Source: a virus
DNA: 64,000 bases
Reading direction: 5' to 3' (one strand)
Virus record (IMG/VR): IMGVR_UViG_3300001605_000008
Location: 1 to 64,000 of that record
Shown here in pieces: positions 45,337 through 55,221 of the stretch. The position numbers and the translations under genes were made by a program. Below the pieces are notes generated by a model, which was not told the DNA's origin, made no database searches, and saw nothing but the letters and a program-made list of their open reading frames with translations. Position 1 is the stretch's first letter, and every line of letters begins with the position of its first letter.

Positions 45337-47175
45337 CTAAATGCGTGCTAGTTCGATCAGTCGGTTGATGTCAGAGCGTTCTGTGCTTTCTGAGCTCATG
45401 TTAGAAGGACGGGTCATCATGATTCCATCCGTATCTAAATCTTCTGCCACGCTGACACTCAGAGTCTGCACGATCTCCTCTACACGTGATTCGGGCATGC
45501 CATCGGTGCCGCGTATGCGTGGGGAGCCGCTGTGTGTGTACACAGAAAAAATGCCACCGGATATGGGATCGCGATAGTAGAAAGTGTCGGAATAATCATC
45601 ACCGGTGCTGTTGTCCCGGAATCCTGGCAGCAGTCGGGTGTTGAGATCAAATCCTGAATGTATCTTGCCTTCAGAAGGCAATCCTTCCGGAGTAACTGGT
45701 TCAAATGTCACTGATTCTTCGTCTAACTGCACGCCTTTGGATCCACCGCTTTTGTATCGCACATCGAATGCTCGATCCAGGCGAGATGTCAATTGTTTGT
45801 CCAGCTTCTCCAAGGGATCTGGTTCTGGAATGCTGCCGCCACGTTCGGGCCTGGCATGGTGCTTTAATCCAGTTGAGGTTTTCACGACCGTGCCGATCCT
45901 GGGTAGACCGTCATCACGATTGTCGATCTCGTTGTTCTTGGGATAACGACCTTCTTGTACTTCTGGATTGAACTCTAAATCGATACCCAGCTCTTGTGCT
46001 CGCTGAGCGATCAAGGGGCGTGCATCTGCATCTGGATCAGTGATGGACAACTCATCCAATTGATCAAACAGCTGATCATCACCAAATATATCATAGAGCT
46101 GTTCGGTGGCATTGGTAGCATCTGGACCCACGGGCAGTTCTTGTGCCATGAGTTCCTGTAGCTGTCTCTGCTGTTCTGGGGTGGTAGGCATGGCCCAGGT
46201 GCCTTCGGTGATGGTGTTGGTCCACTGTTCAAATTCTTGTATTTCTCTCATGTTGTTGTCTTTCAATCTGGCCAATATAGGTAACGCAGCTTCGATGCGT
46301 GAATCCAAGGTATTTTCGATAAACAGTTGTTTGATCTCATCTACCGCGGTTTCTTGCTCGGTGATACGAGCAGGATCCCAGGATTCTCGGATTTTTTGAT
46401 AGCCGCGCTGGGTGCTCAGTGCTCGTATGTCACGGCGGAGGCTTTCATAATATTGGTTGGCCTGCTCTACCAGGCCATGTGTGGCACCTTCAAATATACG
46501 GGAATGGTTGGCTCTACGGAAACGACTCAGTACCATCATCTCTTCCACCATGGTGGAGATGTGCTGGCCAAATGCGTCATAAGGATTGCCACCCTGGGCC
46601 ACATGACGTGCCTGGGCACGTGCTTCCACCATTTTGCGAGTACGCATCCGGAAGCGCTCGCCGGCGTGATTTTCCACGAACACAGCGTCAATGTTTCGAT
46701 ATCGGGCTTCACCTTCGCCCAAGGGTCTGCTGTGCTGTATCACTATGCGTGTTTTTTGCGGTTGATCAGCATAGCTTGTACGACGTGTACCATAGTAGCC
46801 TTCGAACAGGCCTTCTTTGATGGCTGCCATGCCTTGCATGGTGTATTTGAGACGATTGAGATTCTGTGTGTTGAAATTCATCAAGTTACGCACGGCAAAA
46901 TCTTTGATCTGTTTGAGGAAATCGTACCATTCACCTTTGTCATCACCTTCCATGGTGCGACCAAGATTGTCTCCAAAGTACACTTCCAGATCATTGTCTG
47001 CGCCCAGCAGTATCACTACAGTGCCGTAGTTTTTGTTTGAGGTTTTCCAGTCAAAACTAAAGATCTCTGCTTCTTCGGGATTGGTCACGGGTTTACCGGC
47101 AGTGTCCAAGATTTCAGGCTCAAAATCACGTGTGACCAAGAGTTCATAAAGCGAAGAGGCAGGAGTATTTTGCAT
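45337..47175 (-). CDS. large putative internal head protein
   Basis: 612 aa; multiple (L/I/V)xE sites (LFE-G, ITE-G, VQE-G, LDE-E, VAE-D); late promoter 5 nt upstream. Confidence 0.55.
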   Translation of the reverse strand: MQNTPASSLYELLVTRDFEPEILDTAGKPVTNPEEAEIFSFDWKTSNKNYGTVVILLGADNDLEVYFGDNLGRTMEGDDKGEWYDFLKQIKDFAVRNLMNFNTQNLNRLKYTMQGMAAIKEGLFEGYYGTRRTSYADQPQKTRIVIQHSRPLGEGEARYRNIDAVFVENHAGERFRMRTRKMVEARAQARHVAQGGNPYDAFGQHISTMVEEMMVLSRFRRANHSRIFEGATHGLVEQANQYYESLRRDIRALSTQRGYQKIRESWDPARITEQETAVDEIKQLFIENTLDSRIEAALPILARLKDNNMREIQEFEQWTNTITEGTWAMPTTPEQQRQLQELMAQELPVGPDATNATEQLYDIFGDDQLFDQLDELSITDPDADARPLIAQRAQELGIDLEFNPEVQEGRYPKNNEIDNRDDGLPRIGTVVKTSTGLKHHARPERGGSIPEPDPLEKLDKQLTSRLDRAFDVRYKSGGSKGVQLDEESVTFEPVTPEGLPSEGKIHSGFDLNTRLLPGFRDNSTGDDYSDTFYYRDPISGGIFSVYTHSGSPRIRGTDGMPESRVEEIVQTLSVSVAEDLDTDGIMMTRPSNMSSESTERSDINRLIELARI

Positions 47176-47180
47176 AAGGA

Positions 47181-47187
47181 TATTTAT
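47181..47187 (-). promoter_or_regulatory. T4-type late promoter
   Basis: ATAAATA-TCCTT-ATG. Confidence 0.65.
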
Positions 47188-48737
47188 GCTATGGTCATCA
47201 CAAAAGGCAAGGGTTCGATCAGGTTGTCCCGGTGATCGCGCATCTGCTCATCCAATTCTCTGTGATAAGTCTGCAAGACCTGCAACATGCGCACGATCAA
47301 CACTGTGGCCATCACAAGATCATCTGTTTCCCCGGGCTTGGCTGCGTATCCAGTGCCCGATGCTACGAAATTTTTCAGTTCCGAGATTAGCGGTGCGCTG
47401 TGTATGCGCATCCTTCCGCTTTCAATCAAATGTTTGAGTTTAGCACAAGCCGCCAGCTTGGATTTGGGAGTGGTGTTGAATCCTCGGCGAGATTTTCCGG
47501 GTTCCGAGAGGAAATATCCCGGGATGTTTTCTTCACCAAACTCAGTGATGGATATCAATGACGCTTCGCCGATGCTGTTGTTTTCTATAGAATAGTAAAT
47601 GCTTTTTTCATCCTTGACCACGTCAAAAATGTGCTGTATGATGTTATTGAGTATCCTGATCTGCGTGGGTATATCTGTGCGGTTGTGTCGCCATTCTGCT
47701 ACCTGTTCTGTGGAGTTGGCCTCAAACACTTGTATGGCCGCGGGATCTCCTCCGGTGCCTAAACTAGGATCCAGACTCACACAGTAAATCTTTCCGGGTT
47801 CGGGAATCTTATACCAGCGCACTTCACCGGTTTTCTTGATGGGTTCGCGAGCTTCGAGATCTATCAGTTTGGCCGGCGCGATCAAGGTCTCATCAGCGAT
47901 GATGAATTCACAATCCATCTCCCGTCGGAAACGATCCACACCCAAGGCCGCACGTTGTTGCTGTGCCCAGACATCATCACGATCTGGATGCTCATGCCAG
48001 AAACTACGATAGGCTCTAAATCCATTCTGCCCCACTTCGGTGGGATTGCCATATTCATCAATACATCTGTTGGCGCCCTTCCACAACAAAGCAAACTGAT
48101 CTTCGTCAGAGTTGGGAGTGGAAGTAATGATGGCTTTACCACCAGTGGCCAAGGTAGGAGATATCGAAGTCCAGAATTCCGTGGCTATGGTGGGTCGTAC
48201 GAACGCAAATTCGTCTGCATACAGCAAGGAGATACTCATGCCCCGGCCGGTGTTTTCTGTGGTGGTAGCACTCACGATACGTGATCCGTTGTCAAAGGTT
48301 AAGCTGCCTTTGTTATAGTCCACAGCGCCAGCCCGTATGTGATCCGGTACTGATTCGTATGCATATCTGATACGCTGCATGATCTCTTGGCTACCTGTGT
48401 ATTTGTGAGCAGCTACCAAGATAGTAGAGTCGGGCACAAACATTGCATACCATAAAAGATATCCAGCAGCCGATGTAGATTTGCCTGTTTGTCGAGGCAT
48501 CATGGAGATCGAAAAACGATAATTGTGATATGTCTCGATCAGTCTCTTTTGATAATCAAAAGGATGGTACACCATGCGACCCTTGGTTGGATGCTGGATG
48601 TAGAAAAAATTATCCATGAAGTACATGGGGCCTGTGACAGGATCAGCGCATTTTTTAAACTCGTCAATCTGCGATTGCGTATAAGGAAGACTCTGATAAG
48701 GAGTCTTGACCAAGTTGATCTCTGTGTTTTTTCCCAT
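47184..48737 (-). CDS. terL: terminase large subunit (gp17-like)
   Basis: PRQTGKST Walker A, YADEFAF Walker B, TSTPN, LDPSLG, DDLVMA. Confidence 0.95.
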   Translation of the reverse strand: MGKNTEINLVKTPYQSLPYTQSQIDEFKKCADPVTGPMYFMDNFFYIQHPTKGRMVYHPFDYQKRLIETYHNYRFSISMMPRQTGKSTSAAGYLLWYAMFVPDSTILVAAHKYTGSQEIMQRIRYAYESVPDHIRAGAVDYNKGSLTFDNGSRIVSATTTENTGRGMSISLLYADEFAFVRPTIATEFWTSISPTLATGGKAIITSTPNSDEDQFALLWKGANRCIDEYGNPTEVGQNGFRAYRSFWHEHPDRDDVWAQQQRAALGVDRFRREMDCEFIIADETLIAPAKLIDLEAREPIKKTGEVRWYKIPEPGKIYCVSLDPSLGTGGDPAAIQVFEANSTEQVAEWRHNRTDIPTQIRILNNIIQHIFDVVKDEKSIYYSIENNSIGEASLISITEFGEENIPGYFLSEPGKSRRGFNTTPKSKLAACAKLKHLIESGRMRIHSAPLISELKNFVASGTGYAAKPGETDDLVMATVLIVRMLQVLQTYHRELDEQMRDHRDNLIEPLPFVMTIA

Positions 48738-48739
48738 GA

Positions 48740-49384
48740 TTATTTGACGTCTACCGATCTCTGTCGCCGGCAAACAAATATATAGTATCGCTCAGTGACC
48801 GTGCCACGATCGTCCAGAAAAGTCACTGGAAACGAGTACTCATGCCACTCGATATCAAATCCGGTTCTCTGTAACAGGCTCAACCACATGGTACGATCCA
48901 TGATGCTGTAATGATTCCTGTTGTTTTCATGTGGCTGGTCGCAGTTGGGCTGTGGTACTTCGATGTAGAGATATCCGCCCGGTTTTAACACTCGATTGTA
49001 TTCCAACAATGTGATGTAGGGAAAAGGCGAATGTTCCAGGCTGTGTCGGCAAAACAGCAGTGACTGACTTTCGTTGGCTTGCAATAAAAAATTCATGTCG
49101 CTTTTGATCACTGAGTGATTTTTATCTTGACATATCTGGATATCACCGGCACTAAGTGTGACCCCAATGGTGTTGGTGTACCCCCGATCTTTCATCGCAT
49201 CCAGGAAGTAACCGGGGCCACATCCAAGATCCAGGATACCGGCAGTTTTAGGCAAGTTCAAGGGATCGATAAACTTTTCAACCACATCACGAGTGATGTC
49301 TTGGTGGAAATCACTGTGGCCTTCGTCATAGACTTGCCCCAGGACAAAGTCATAATAAAATTTTAGTTTGAGTTGTGTGTTCAT
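48740..49384 (-). CDS. class I SAM-dependent methyltransferase
   Basis: LDLGCGPG, RHSLEHS, LKPGG. Confidence 0.88.
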   Translation of the reverse strand: MNTQLKLKFYYDFVLGQVYDEGHSDFHQDITRDVVEKFIDPLNLPKTAGILDLGCGPGYFLDAMKDRGYTNTIGVTLSAGDIQICQDKNHSVIKSDMNFLLQANESQSLLFCRHSLEHSPFPYITLLEYNRVLKPGGYLYIEVPQPNCDQPHENNRNHYSIMDRTMWLSLLQRTGFDIEWHEYSFPVTFLDDRGTVTERYYIFVCRRQRSVDVK

Positions 49385-49408
49385 TGGCAGCCTTGAATAT
49401 GCTGCTAT

Positions 49409-49639
49409 TTACTTGGAACGGGATCGGCCGATGGGCTTTTCGCCCGTGAGATAAGGCAGGCTAAACCACAGCTGGAACCATTCAGGAGTTCCGGGTTGGA
49501 TATCATGTTTTTTCTGTAGTTGAGCTTTTTCCGTGCCTGTGAGACTGATGTTGCTGCCTTCGGTAGTGCGGCGCACACTGTTACCATAGCCCTGTGTGCG
49601 CACACCGGCCAGGCGTTGTAGTTCTTCTAGGGACACCAT
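49409..49639 (-). CDS. hypothetical protein
   Basis: 76 aa with ELQRLAGV motif. Confidence 0.6.
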   Translation of the reverse strand: MVSLEELQRLAGVRTQGYGNSVRRTTEGSNISLTGTEKAQLQKKHDIQPGTPEWFQLWFSLPYLTGEKPIGRSRSK

Positions 49640-50070
49640 GATTGTTTGGCTTCGCCGTAGTATTCACGTGCCAGACCATTTTTAATCAATCCCGCTCGTA
49701 TACTCTGACCATCCACGATGATATCACCCAGCACTCGACCACCAAACTTGTCCCAGCGATACAGTGTGACCTGGATCTTCTTTCCGCTCTTGATGAGTTT
49801 TGTGGTGTATTCACTGGCCTTTAGTGCCTTTTCATTCTCTTGTACACACTGGGCACGATGGCCTTTTTCTGGAGTATCTACGCCAAAGATACGAACTGCC
49901 AGTTCGGGCTTGAGAGGCCGTGGAAGATATGTGGCCGCGATCACTACGGTGTCGCCGTCGCTGACGCGGATCACTGTGGCGTCGTAGGTTTCACCTGGTG
50001 GTGTTTTTTGAGCTACTGCAGATCCCATCATGGTCAGTATCAGTACAACGGTGGCAAAAACTTTTTTCAA
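49627..50070 (-). CDS. thermonuclease (SNase-like) with signal peptide
   Basis: DGDT, RIFGVDTPE, DKFGGRVLG, GLAREY; hydrophobic N-terminus. Confidence 0.9.
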   Translation of the reverse strand: MKKVFATVVLILTMMGSAVAQKTPPGETYDATVIRVSDGDTVVIAATYLPRPLKPELAVRIFGVDTPEKGHRAQCVQENEKALKASEYTTKLIKSGKKIQVTLYRWDKFGGRVLGDIIVDGQSIRAGLIKNGLAREYYGEAKQSWCP

Positions 50071-51460
50071 TTCGTGGCTCCTCGGATCACAACAAAACGT
50101 ATGACTATAGCATCACTGCGATTTTGATTGCTGGTATTGGTGATGGTTATAGTGGCATTGCCCGTGTTGCATATGGGCCTAAAAATGTAGTCAGTGAGAT
50201 TGGTGGCACTGACTTGGTTAATTATCATCACATCGGTGTTGGCAATGGCAGAATTGTTGAGAGTAAATGCTATAGAAGCGCCGCCGGACAATGTGGCTGC
50301 ATTGGTGGTAATTTCTCCTGTGAGAGCATCGAGAGTTACAGGATCAGATTTGCTGTTGAGCTGTGTGGCCACGTTGCCAGCACCTGCCCGATATCCTATA
50401 CCAGCGGTCTTGCTATTTGATGTCACAGCGCCGGTGGCGATGACCGTGTTGGCCGAGATATTGCCGGTGGTGGTAAATCGAGTAGCTGACACACCATTAG
50501 CCACAGTGACGTTGGCCACTGCTACTCGATTGGCAGCAGATTGGCCTATGGGTGTTACAGTGAACGTGATCTGAGAACCCTGTGCTGTTGTGGTCTGATT
50601 TTCCAGGGCAGTGATAGAGATCTGGCCTAGGGCCACGTTGCCTACTCCAGCATCGGTGGCGGCTGTGGCGTTGATACGCAGGACATCTTCATTGGCCAGC
50701 ACCTGTGTGGGTGCGGCCACATTGCCTCCCCAGCGACGACCCACGATACTGGCATAAGCATCGTTGCCATCTACGTAGAATCTGCAAGGCGTACCAGGAT
50801 TACCTGTGAGCTGTAGCATGGCGCCAGGGGCACCAGGAGTTACGAAGTTGCCCGAAGCTGATCCTATGATCTCCACGCCGCCTTCCAAGGGATCTTCAAC
50901 TGGCACAAATATGCGAAGTTGTCCATCTTCTCGACCAAAGAAATATTGATCTTCGGGATCAGGCACGCCCCACCGTTGCTTTTGTAGAATCCAATGTTGC
51001 CCACCAGCTGTATTTCCGCGCTGCCTTGGGTATCAAGGATCATATTCTCATTTATGTTGATGATGCTGAGAATGTTGTTGTCGGCGGTAAAGTTACCAAA
51101 GCTCAGGGGCAGGCCTGCGGTGTCTATGGTGAGCTCACCTTCATTGGAAATCACCACACCTGGTCCAGGCACGATGCCGCCTATTTTGCCCACAGCAGCA
51201 GGAGAAATGTTGCCAGAGATCACTAGATTGCCGGTGATGGCAATATTGCCCGACGCGGATGTTATGGTGTTGACTGTGATGGTGTTGGCAGTGATGTTGG
51301 CGCCAGTGGCTAAATCTACAGGAATGCCACCTACTGTTACTCCATCGGAAGCGTAGATTGAATTGGTGTTGGGATCGTACCACAGCCGGCCCAACTGACC
51401 CACATAGGTATTGCCGTCTAGTTTGTTGTCGCGGCTGGTATAGAAATTTTGTATGGCCAC
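50067..51460 (-). CDS. putative tail fibre/structural protein (frameshift near 50965-50975)
   Basis: YVGQLGRLWYD N-terminal motif and TANTI-type repeats; ORFs 50864..51460 and 50067..50966 join at FYKSNG/VPDPEDQ; span 3n+2. Confidence 0.55.
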
Positions 51461-51469
51461 GGGAGTTCC

Positions 51470-51835
51470 TTAGGACTCCAGCGGTTCGTCGTCGCTGAGT
51501 TCAGAAATAGCTACTACGGGCACGCCAGCATGGCGTCGGATGATGTCAAGCTCATCTTCTGAGTTGTCGTGTGCTTGATCAGCACGAGCTTCACCGGGAT
51601 CGTAAACACTGTCTACTCCCACGGCTTTTTTCAAGAGCTCGGTTTTGAGCTGCAGGGGCGGGATCATCACAGCATCGCCTGCACCAGCATCTTGATTGTG
51701 AGGTGGATCCACGGGAGCACCGGCTGCTGTGGGACTAAGTTCAGCTGGATTCTGTATCTGGTCGTCAGGACGAGCAGGATTTTGTTCTTGCTCTACAGCG
51801 TCTGCGACTCTGCGCAATAGGTCTGCTATTTTCAT
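51470..51835 (-). CDS. hypothetical protein
   Basis: 121-aa acidic ORF, coupled. Confidence 0.6.
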   Translation of the reverse strand: MKIADLLRRVADAVEQEQNPARPDDQIQNPAELSPTAAGAPVDPPHNQDAGAGDAVMIPPLQLKTELLKKAVGVDSVYDPGEARADQAHDNSEDELDIIRRHAGVPVVAISELSDDEPLES

Positions 51836-52200
51836 CTTGGATATCCTTTGAATGCCTTGATAGGACTTTTGGCGTTGCCGCCGGGTGGTTCTTGGCTTTC
51901 CATATCACCTTTGTTGAGGTCTTGGTAGGAAGCACCCACGGCTCGATAAGCCATTTTGAGCATGTCTGCTTCTTCTTGAGTGTAAGGATGTGCAGTTTTG
52001 CTATTACCAACCCAGCTTTCCTCGTCAATATCGGGTTTGAATGTACCATCAGTAGCAGCAGCAGCCATCATGAGACGATTGAGTTTGTAATTGCTGCTTA
52101 CTCGACTGGCATCCTTGAAAGTATGCAGGCCAGCTGTGCCCCATTGCTGGCGCTTGGTGATCCGACCTTTTTGTTCAATGACGAATTCACTTGCTCTCAT
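51832..52200 (-). CDS. hypothetical protein, probable head-associated
   Basis: MRASEFVIE-Q N-terminal propeptide-like motif. Confidence 0.6.
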   Translation of the reverse strand: MRASEFVIEQKGRITKRQQWGTAGLHTFKDASRVSSNYKLNRLMMAAAATDGTFKPDIDEESWVGNSKTAHPYTQEEADMLKMAYRAVGASYQDLNKGDMESQEPPGGNAKSPIKAFKGYPR

Positions 52201-52201
52201 T

Positions 52202-52483
52202 TTATACCTGGCGGACAGATCTTGAACCTGAGCTTGCCGTGCCTATCTCTTGTGCTGTGTAGTTAGAACCTGTGATAGTGAGTTGATTGCCTACTCCTAC
52301 CCAGATTTCGCTGCTGGTATCGGCCGGGATCGATGCAGCATTGCTGTAGAGATTTCCGGTGTTAGGAGTACCAGTGATCATGTTGACCTGGAATGTGACT
52401 GCAGTATTCCCAGTACTGATACGGCATTTATCTGTATACCAGGATTGTGCAGATACTGATGTGTAAACGTTTGCTTGTGCCAT
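52202..52483 (-). CDS. small beta-rich structural protein
   Basis: 93 aa, T/S/G-rich. Confidence 0.55.
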   Translation of the reverse strand: MAQANVYTSVSAQSWYTDKCRISTGNTAVTFQVNMITGTPNTGNLYSNAASIPADTSSEIWVGVGNQLTITGSNYTAQEIGTASSGSRSVRQV

Positions 52484-52500
52484 TTATTTTTCCTTGTGTT

Positions 52501-53412
52501 CTACCAAGCCCGACATGACCAATATCTGGCCTTGGTCTTGGGTCCTGGATTGTCGCAGTTGTGTCGAGCACGGAAACTTTTACGACGAGCAGGATTAGAT
52601 TTTTTGATCTTCATGTTGGGGTCACCAAAGTTGACTTTTTTCACATTGCCGGTCTTGGGATCTTTCACATAGACCTTGGATTTGGCCACATCACCGGCCA
52701 TGGGCTTGTTGAGCTTGACTTCGCGACCTTGGTATTTGGCTTCGTCTATGTCCTGACCACCAAACTCATCGATCAAACGATCCATTACTAGTTCTAACAA
52801 TTCTTCGTGATCGTCATCGTAGAGTTGATTATTAATGGAGATCTCGTCTGCTAGTTCTTGTACTATTTTGCCAGAAGGTGTGGTTGATGTCATAAGATCA
52901 TAGAGGGCATCGTAGTCTTGATTGTCAGCGATCTCACCAAGCTCAACAGCAATGCTTTTCATCACACCTTCATCTATGGTATCAACTGGATCTTGATCGC
53001 CTTGTGCGCCAACAGGTGCCAATGCAGCGGCTTTGTCTGCTAAGGGATCTGTGGTGTTGGCTTCGGTTTCACGGACGCCGGCTAATTCTAACACACGTGC
53101 GAACTCTTTTAGATCGTTGTTTTCTTCGTCGATGTCCACAGATGCCTGTTGTTCGGCCATGGTAAATCCTTGGCCACGATTTGATGCCACTGCTCCATAG
53201 CGTGCGATACGCTCACGCAGCATGCCGCGTGATGCCAGGGCTTGATAAGCAGATTCTGAAACTTCCACAGTGACAGATCCATCAACGCTGTCCGTTACTC
53301 GACCTTCCACCAGCTCGTCGGGGGAGATCTCGATGTCAAACTCGTCACCTTCCACGGGACCAGAGATATGTTGTTCGGCTTCGTTTATGTAATCTCGCAG
53401 GCTCCGTGTCAT
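52501..53412 (-). CDS. putative internal head polyprotein
   Basis: INE-A, IDE-G, IDE-A sites; basic C-terminal module EAKYQGREVKLNKP...ARHNC...RYWSCRAW. Confidence 0.55.
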   Translation of the reverse strand: MTRSLRDYINEAEQHISGPVEGDEFDIEISPDELVEGRVTDSVDGSVTVEVSESAYQALASRGMLRERIARYGAVASNRGQGFTMAEQQASVDIDEENNDLKEFARVLELAGVRETEANTTDPLADKAAALAPVGAQGDQDPVDTIDEGVMKSIAVELGEIADNQDYDALYDLMTSTTPSGKIVQELADEISINNQLYDDDHEELLELVMDRLIDEFGGQDIDEAKYQGREVKLNKPMAGDVAKSKVYVKDPKTGNVKKVNFGDPNMKIKKSNPARRKSFRARHNCDNPGPKTKARYWSCRAW

Positions 53413-53414
53413 GA

Positions 53415-55211
53415 TCAGCCTTTGTAATTCTTATAAAGATCAGCCAAGCGTTGTTCAGTGTCTTCCTGGACCTGCTGCATGGTCTCGCCCAGATTCAGGG
53501 CCGCAGACCCCTTGCCTAGTTTAGACATGGCCAAGGGATTGTCGCCTGGATTGTTGGGGTTGATCTGTCGCTTGGGACCATTGAGTCCACCTGAGAGCTT
53601 GTTGAGTATGGTATCCATGTCAGCATAGGTCTCGTCTGGTGAGTTGGCCAGCTCTTCTTCCACCATGTCGCGTCCGGAGCATCCGGCTTCGTGCATGCCT
53701 TCGTGGCCGCCACATACTTCGCAGTCGCCCGAATCAGCTGCAGCAACATCCGAGTAACCACCGGAAGAAAACAAGCCTGCCATCTTCAGCAGCTCGCTGA
53801 GCTTTACAGCGTCTTCGTCAGTGGCCGTGACACTCACGCTGTTTTGTCCTTCGTCTGTGGCGTTGATTGAAATGTTCATGCCTTCTGTCAACACTGACTT
53901 GAGTTTGTTATCAAAGCTCTCGGCGAGTTGACTCTCGTATACACCTTTGCCAAACTGCATGTTCTTTTTGCTTTTGGGGGCATCAGCAGGTGCTGTGGCT
54001 ACTGATCCAGCAACCGTGGTTTCTTCCACCGACTCTTCTTTTTTCTTTTCAGGCAGACCTTTTTCCTTGGTCTTGGCAAACTTTTTCAGTTCACCAGTGG
54101 CCATCTGGGCCATCTCCTTGGAAGCACCGCGCAGTTCACTCTTAGGGATGTCGCCTTTCTTAGCAGCATAAGCGATGCCAGCAGCAGCTCTTTGTGCTTT
54201 GCTCACGGCCTTTTCCGCCACCATGGGTTGTTCTTCGGGGCGATTGGCTGCTAGATAATCGCGTGCAGAATCGATATACTCTTTGGCTAGAGTGATTTTC
54301 TTCTGTGCCCACTCTGGCAGATTCTCATCTGCATCAAGTATGCTCTGCAGTTCTTCGGCAGCGTCTTCGATGGTGCGCAGTTGGCTCAGGGCCATCTCGC
54401 CTTCCTCGTCGTACTCATCCCGGTCGTAGTCTTCTTCAAGCTCGCCTTCTTTAACTGATTTTTTGCTCCAGGCAGTGCGATCTGCCTTGCGGCTTTTTGC
54501 AGTCACACGTTCTTGGCGCGGCTTGTCGGCTGTGTACTTCTTGGGACGTCCGCGTCCGCGCTTTTCGCCATCGGCAGTTTTTTTAGCACCGGCCTTGGGA
54601 TTGCCCCACTGATCGTAGTCATCATCACTGCCTGTGTCATCATCATCGGCACGACGTGTGTGCTTTATGCCGGTGTCTGTTTTGGTTACAGTACCTTTGG
54701 AAGTGCGTAAAGTATCGCCTTTTTCAGCCCAGCGATCGAATTCATCCTTGTCCTTCATCTCACGTTCCATGACCTTCTCATCAGAAGTGTCACCAGTGAC
54801 TTTGTAGACTTTACCGTCCACTCGAAACGTAGGTTTGCCAGCTTTGATAGCTGCCATGCGTGCGCCTGTGAAGTCGTTGCCTTCTTCCATTTCGCCTTCT
54901 TCCACACTTTCCTTGGCACGCAGCTTGGCCAGCACAGCGCCGGCCACTTTCTCGCCGCGCTCTTTTGACCCATAACGCTCAGCAGCTGACTTGGCAATCT
55001 TCTCAAAGTTTTTGCCGGGCTTGCCAATATCTTTGCCAGCACGTGCGGCCTTGGCCGAATAAGATGCTTCTTCCATGCTCTCATCGACTTCTTTGGCGGC
55101 TTTTTTCATAGGCTCTTTGCGATCACCATCTTTGTCAAGATCCAGGAAGTCGGGTTTGCCTTTGCCTTCCAGCAGTGTCATTCGAGCGAGTATATCATAC
55201 ATGTTGTTCAT
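53415..55211 (-). CDS. putative internal head polyprotein including a DUF3008-like module
   Basis: Many xE-(G/A/S/E/D/K) sites; KAVSKAQRAAAGIAYAAKKG..KSELRGASKEM segment resembles DUF3008. Confidence 0.55.
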   Translation of the reverse strand: MNNMYDILARMTLLEGKGKPDFLDLDKDGDRKEPMKKAAKEVDESMEEASYSAKAARAGKDIGKPGKNFEKIAKSAAERYGSKERGEKVAGAVLAKLRAKESVEEGEMEEGNDFTGARMAAIKAGKPTFRVDGKVYKVTGDTSDEKVMEREMKDKDEFDRWAEKGDTLRTSKGTVTKTDTGIKHTRRADDDDTGSDDDYDQWGNPKAGAKKTADGEKRGRGRPKKYTADKPRQERVTAKSRKADRTAWSKKSVKEGELEEDYDRDEYDEEGEMALSQLRTIEDAAEELQSILDADENLPEWAQKKITLAKEYIDSARDYLAANRPEEQPMVAEKAVSKAQRAAAGIAYAAKKGDIPKSELRGASKEMAQMATGELKKFAKTKEKGLPEKKKEESVEETTVAGSVATAPADAPKSKKNMQFGKGVYESQLAESFDNKLKSVLTEGMNISINATDEGQNSVSVTATDEDAVKLSELLKMAGLFSSGGYSDVAAADSGDCEVCGGHEGMHEAGCSGRDMVEEELANSPDETYADMDTILNKLSGGLNGPKRQINPNNPGDNPLAMSKLGKGSAALNLGETMQQVQEDTEQRLADLYKNYKG

Positions 55212-55221
55212 TTGGTTGTCC

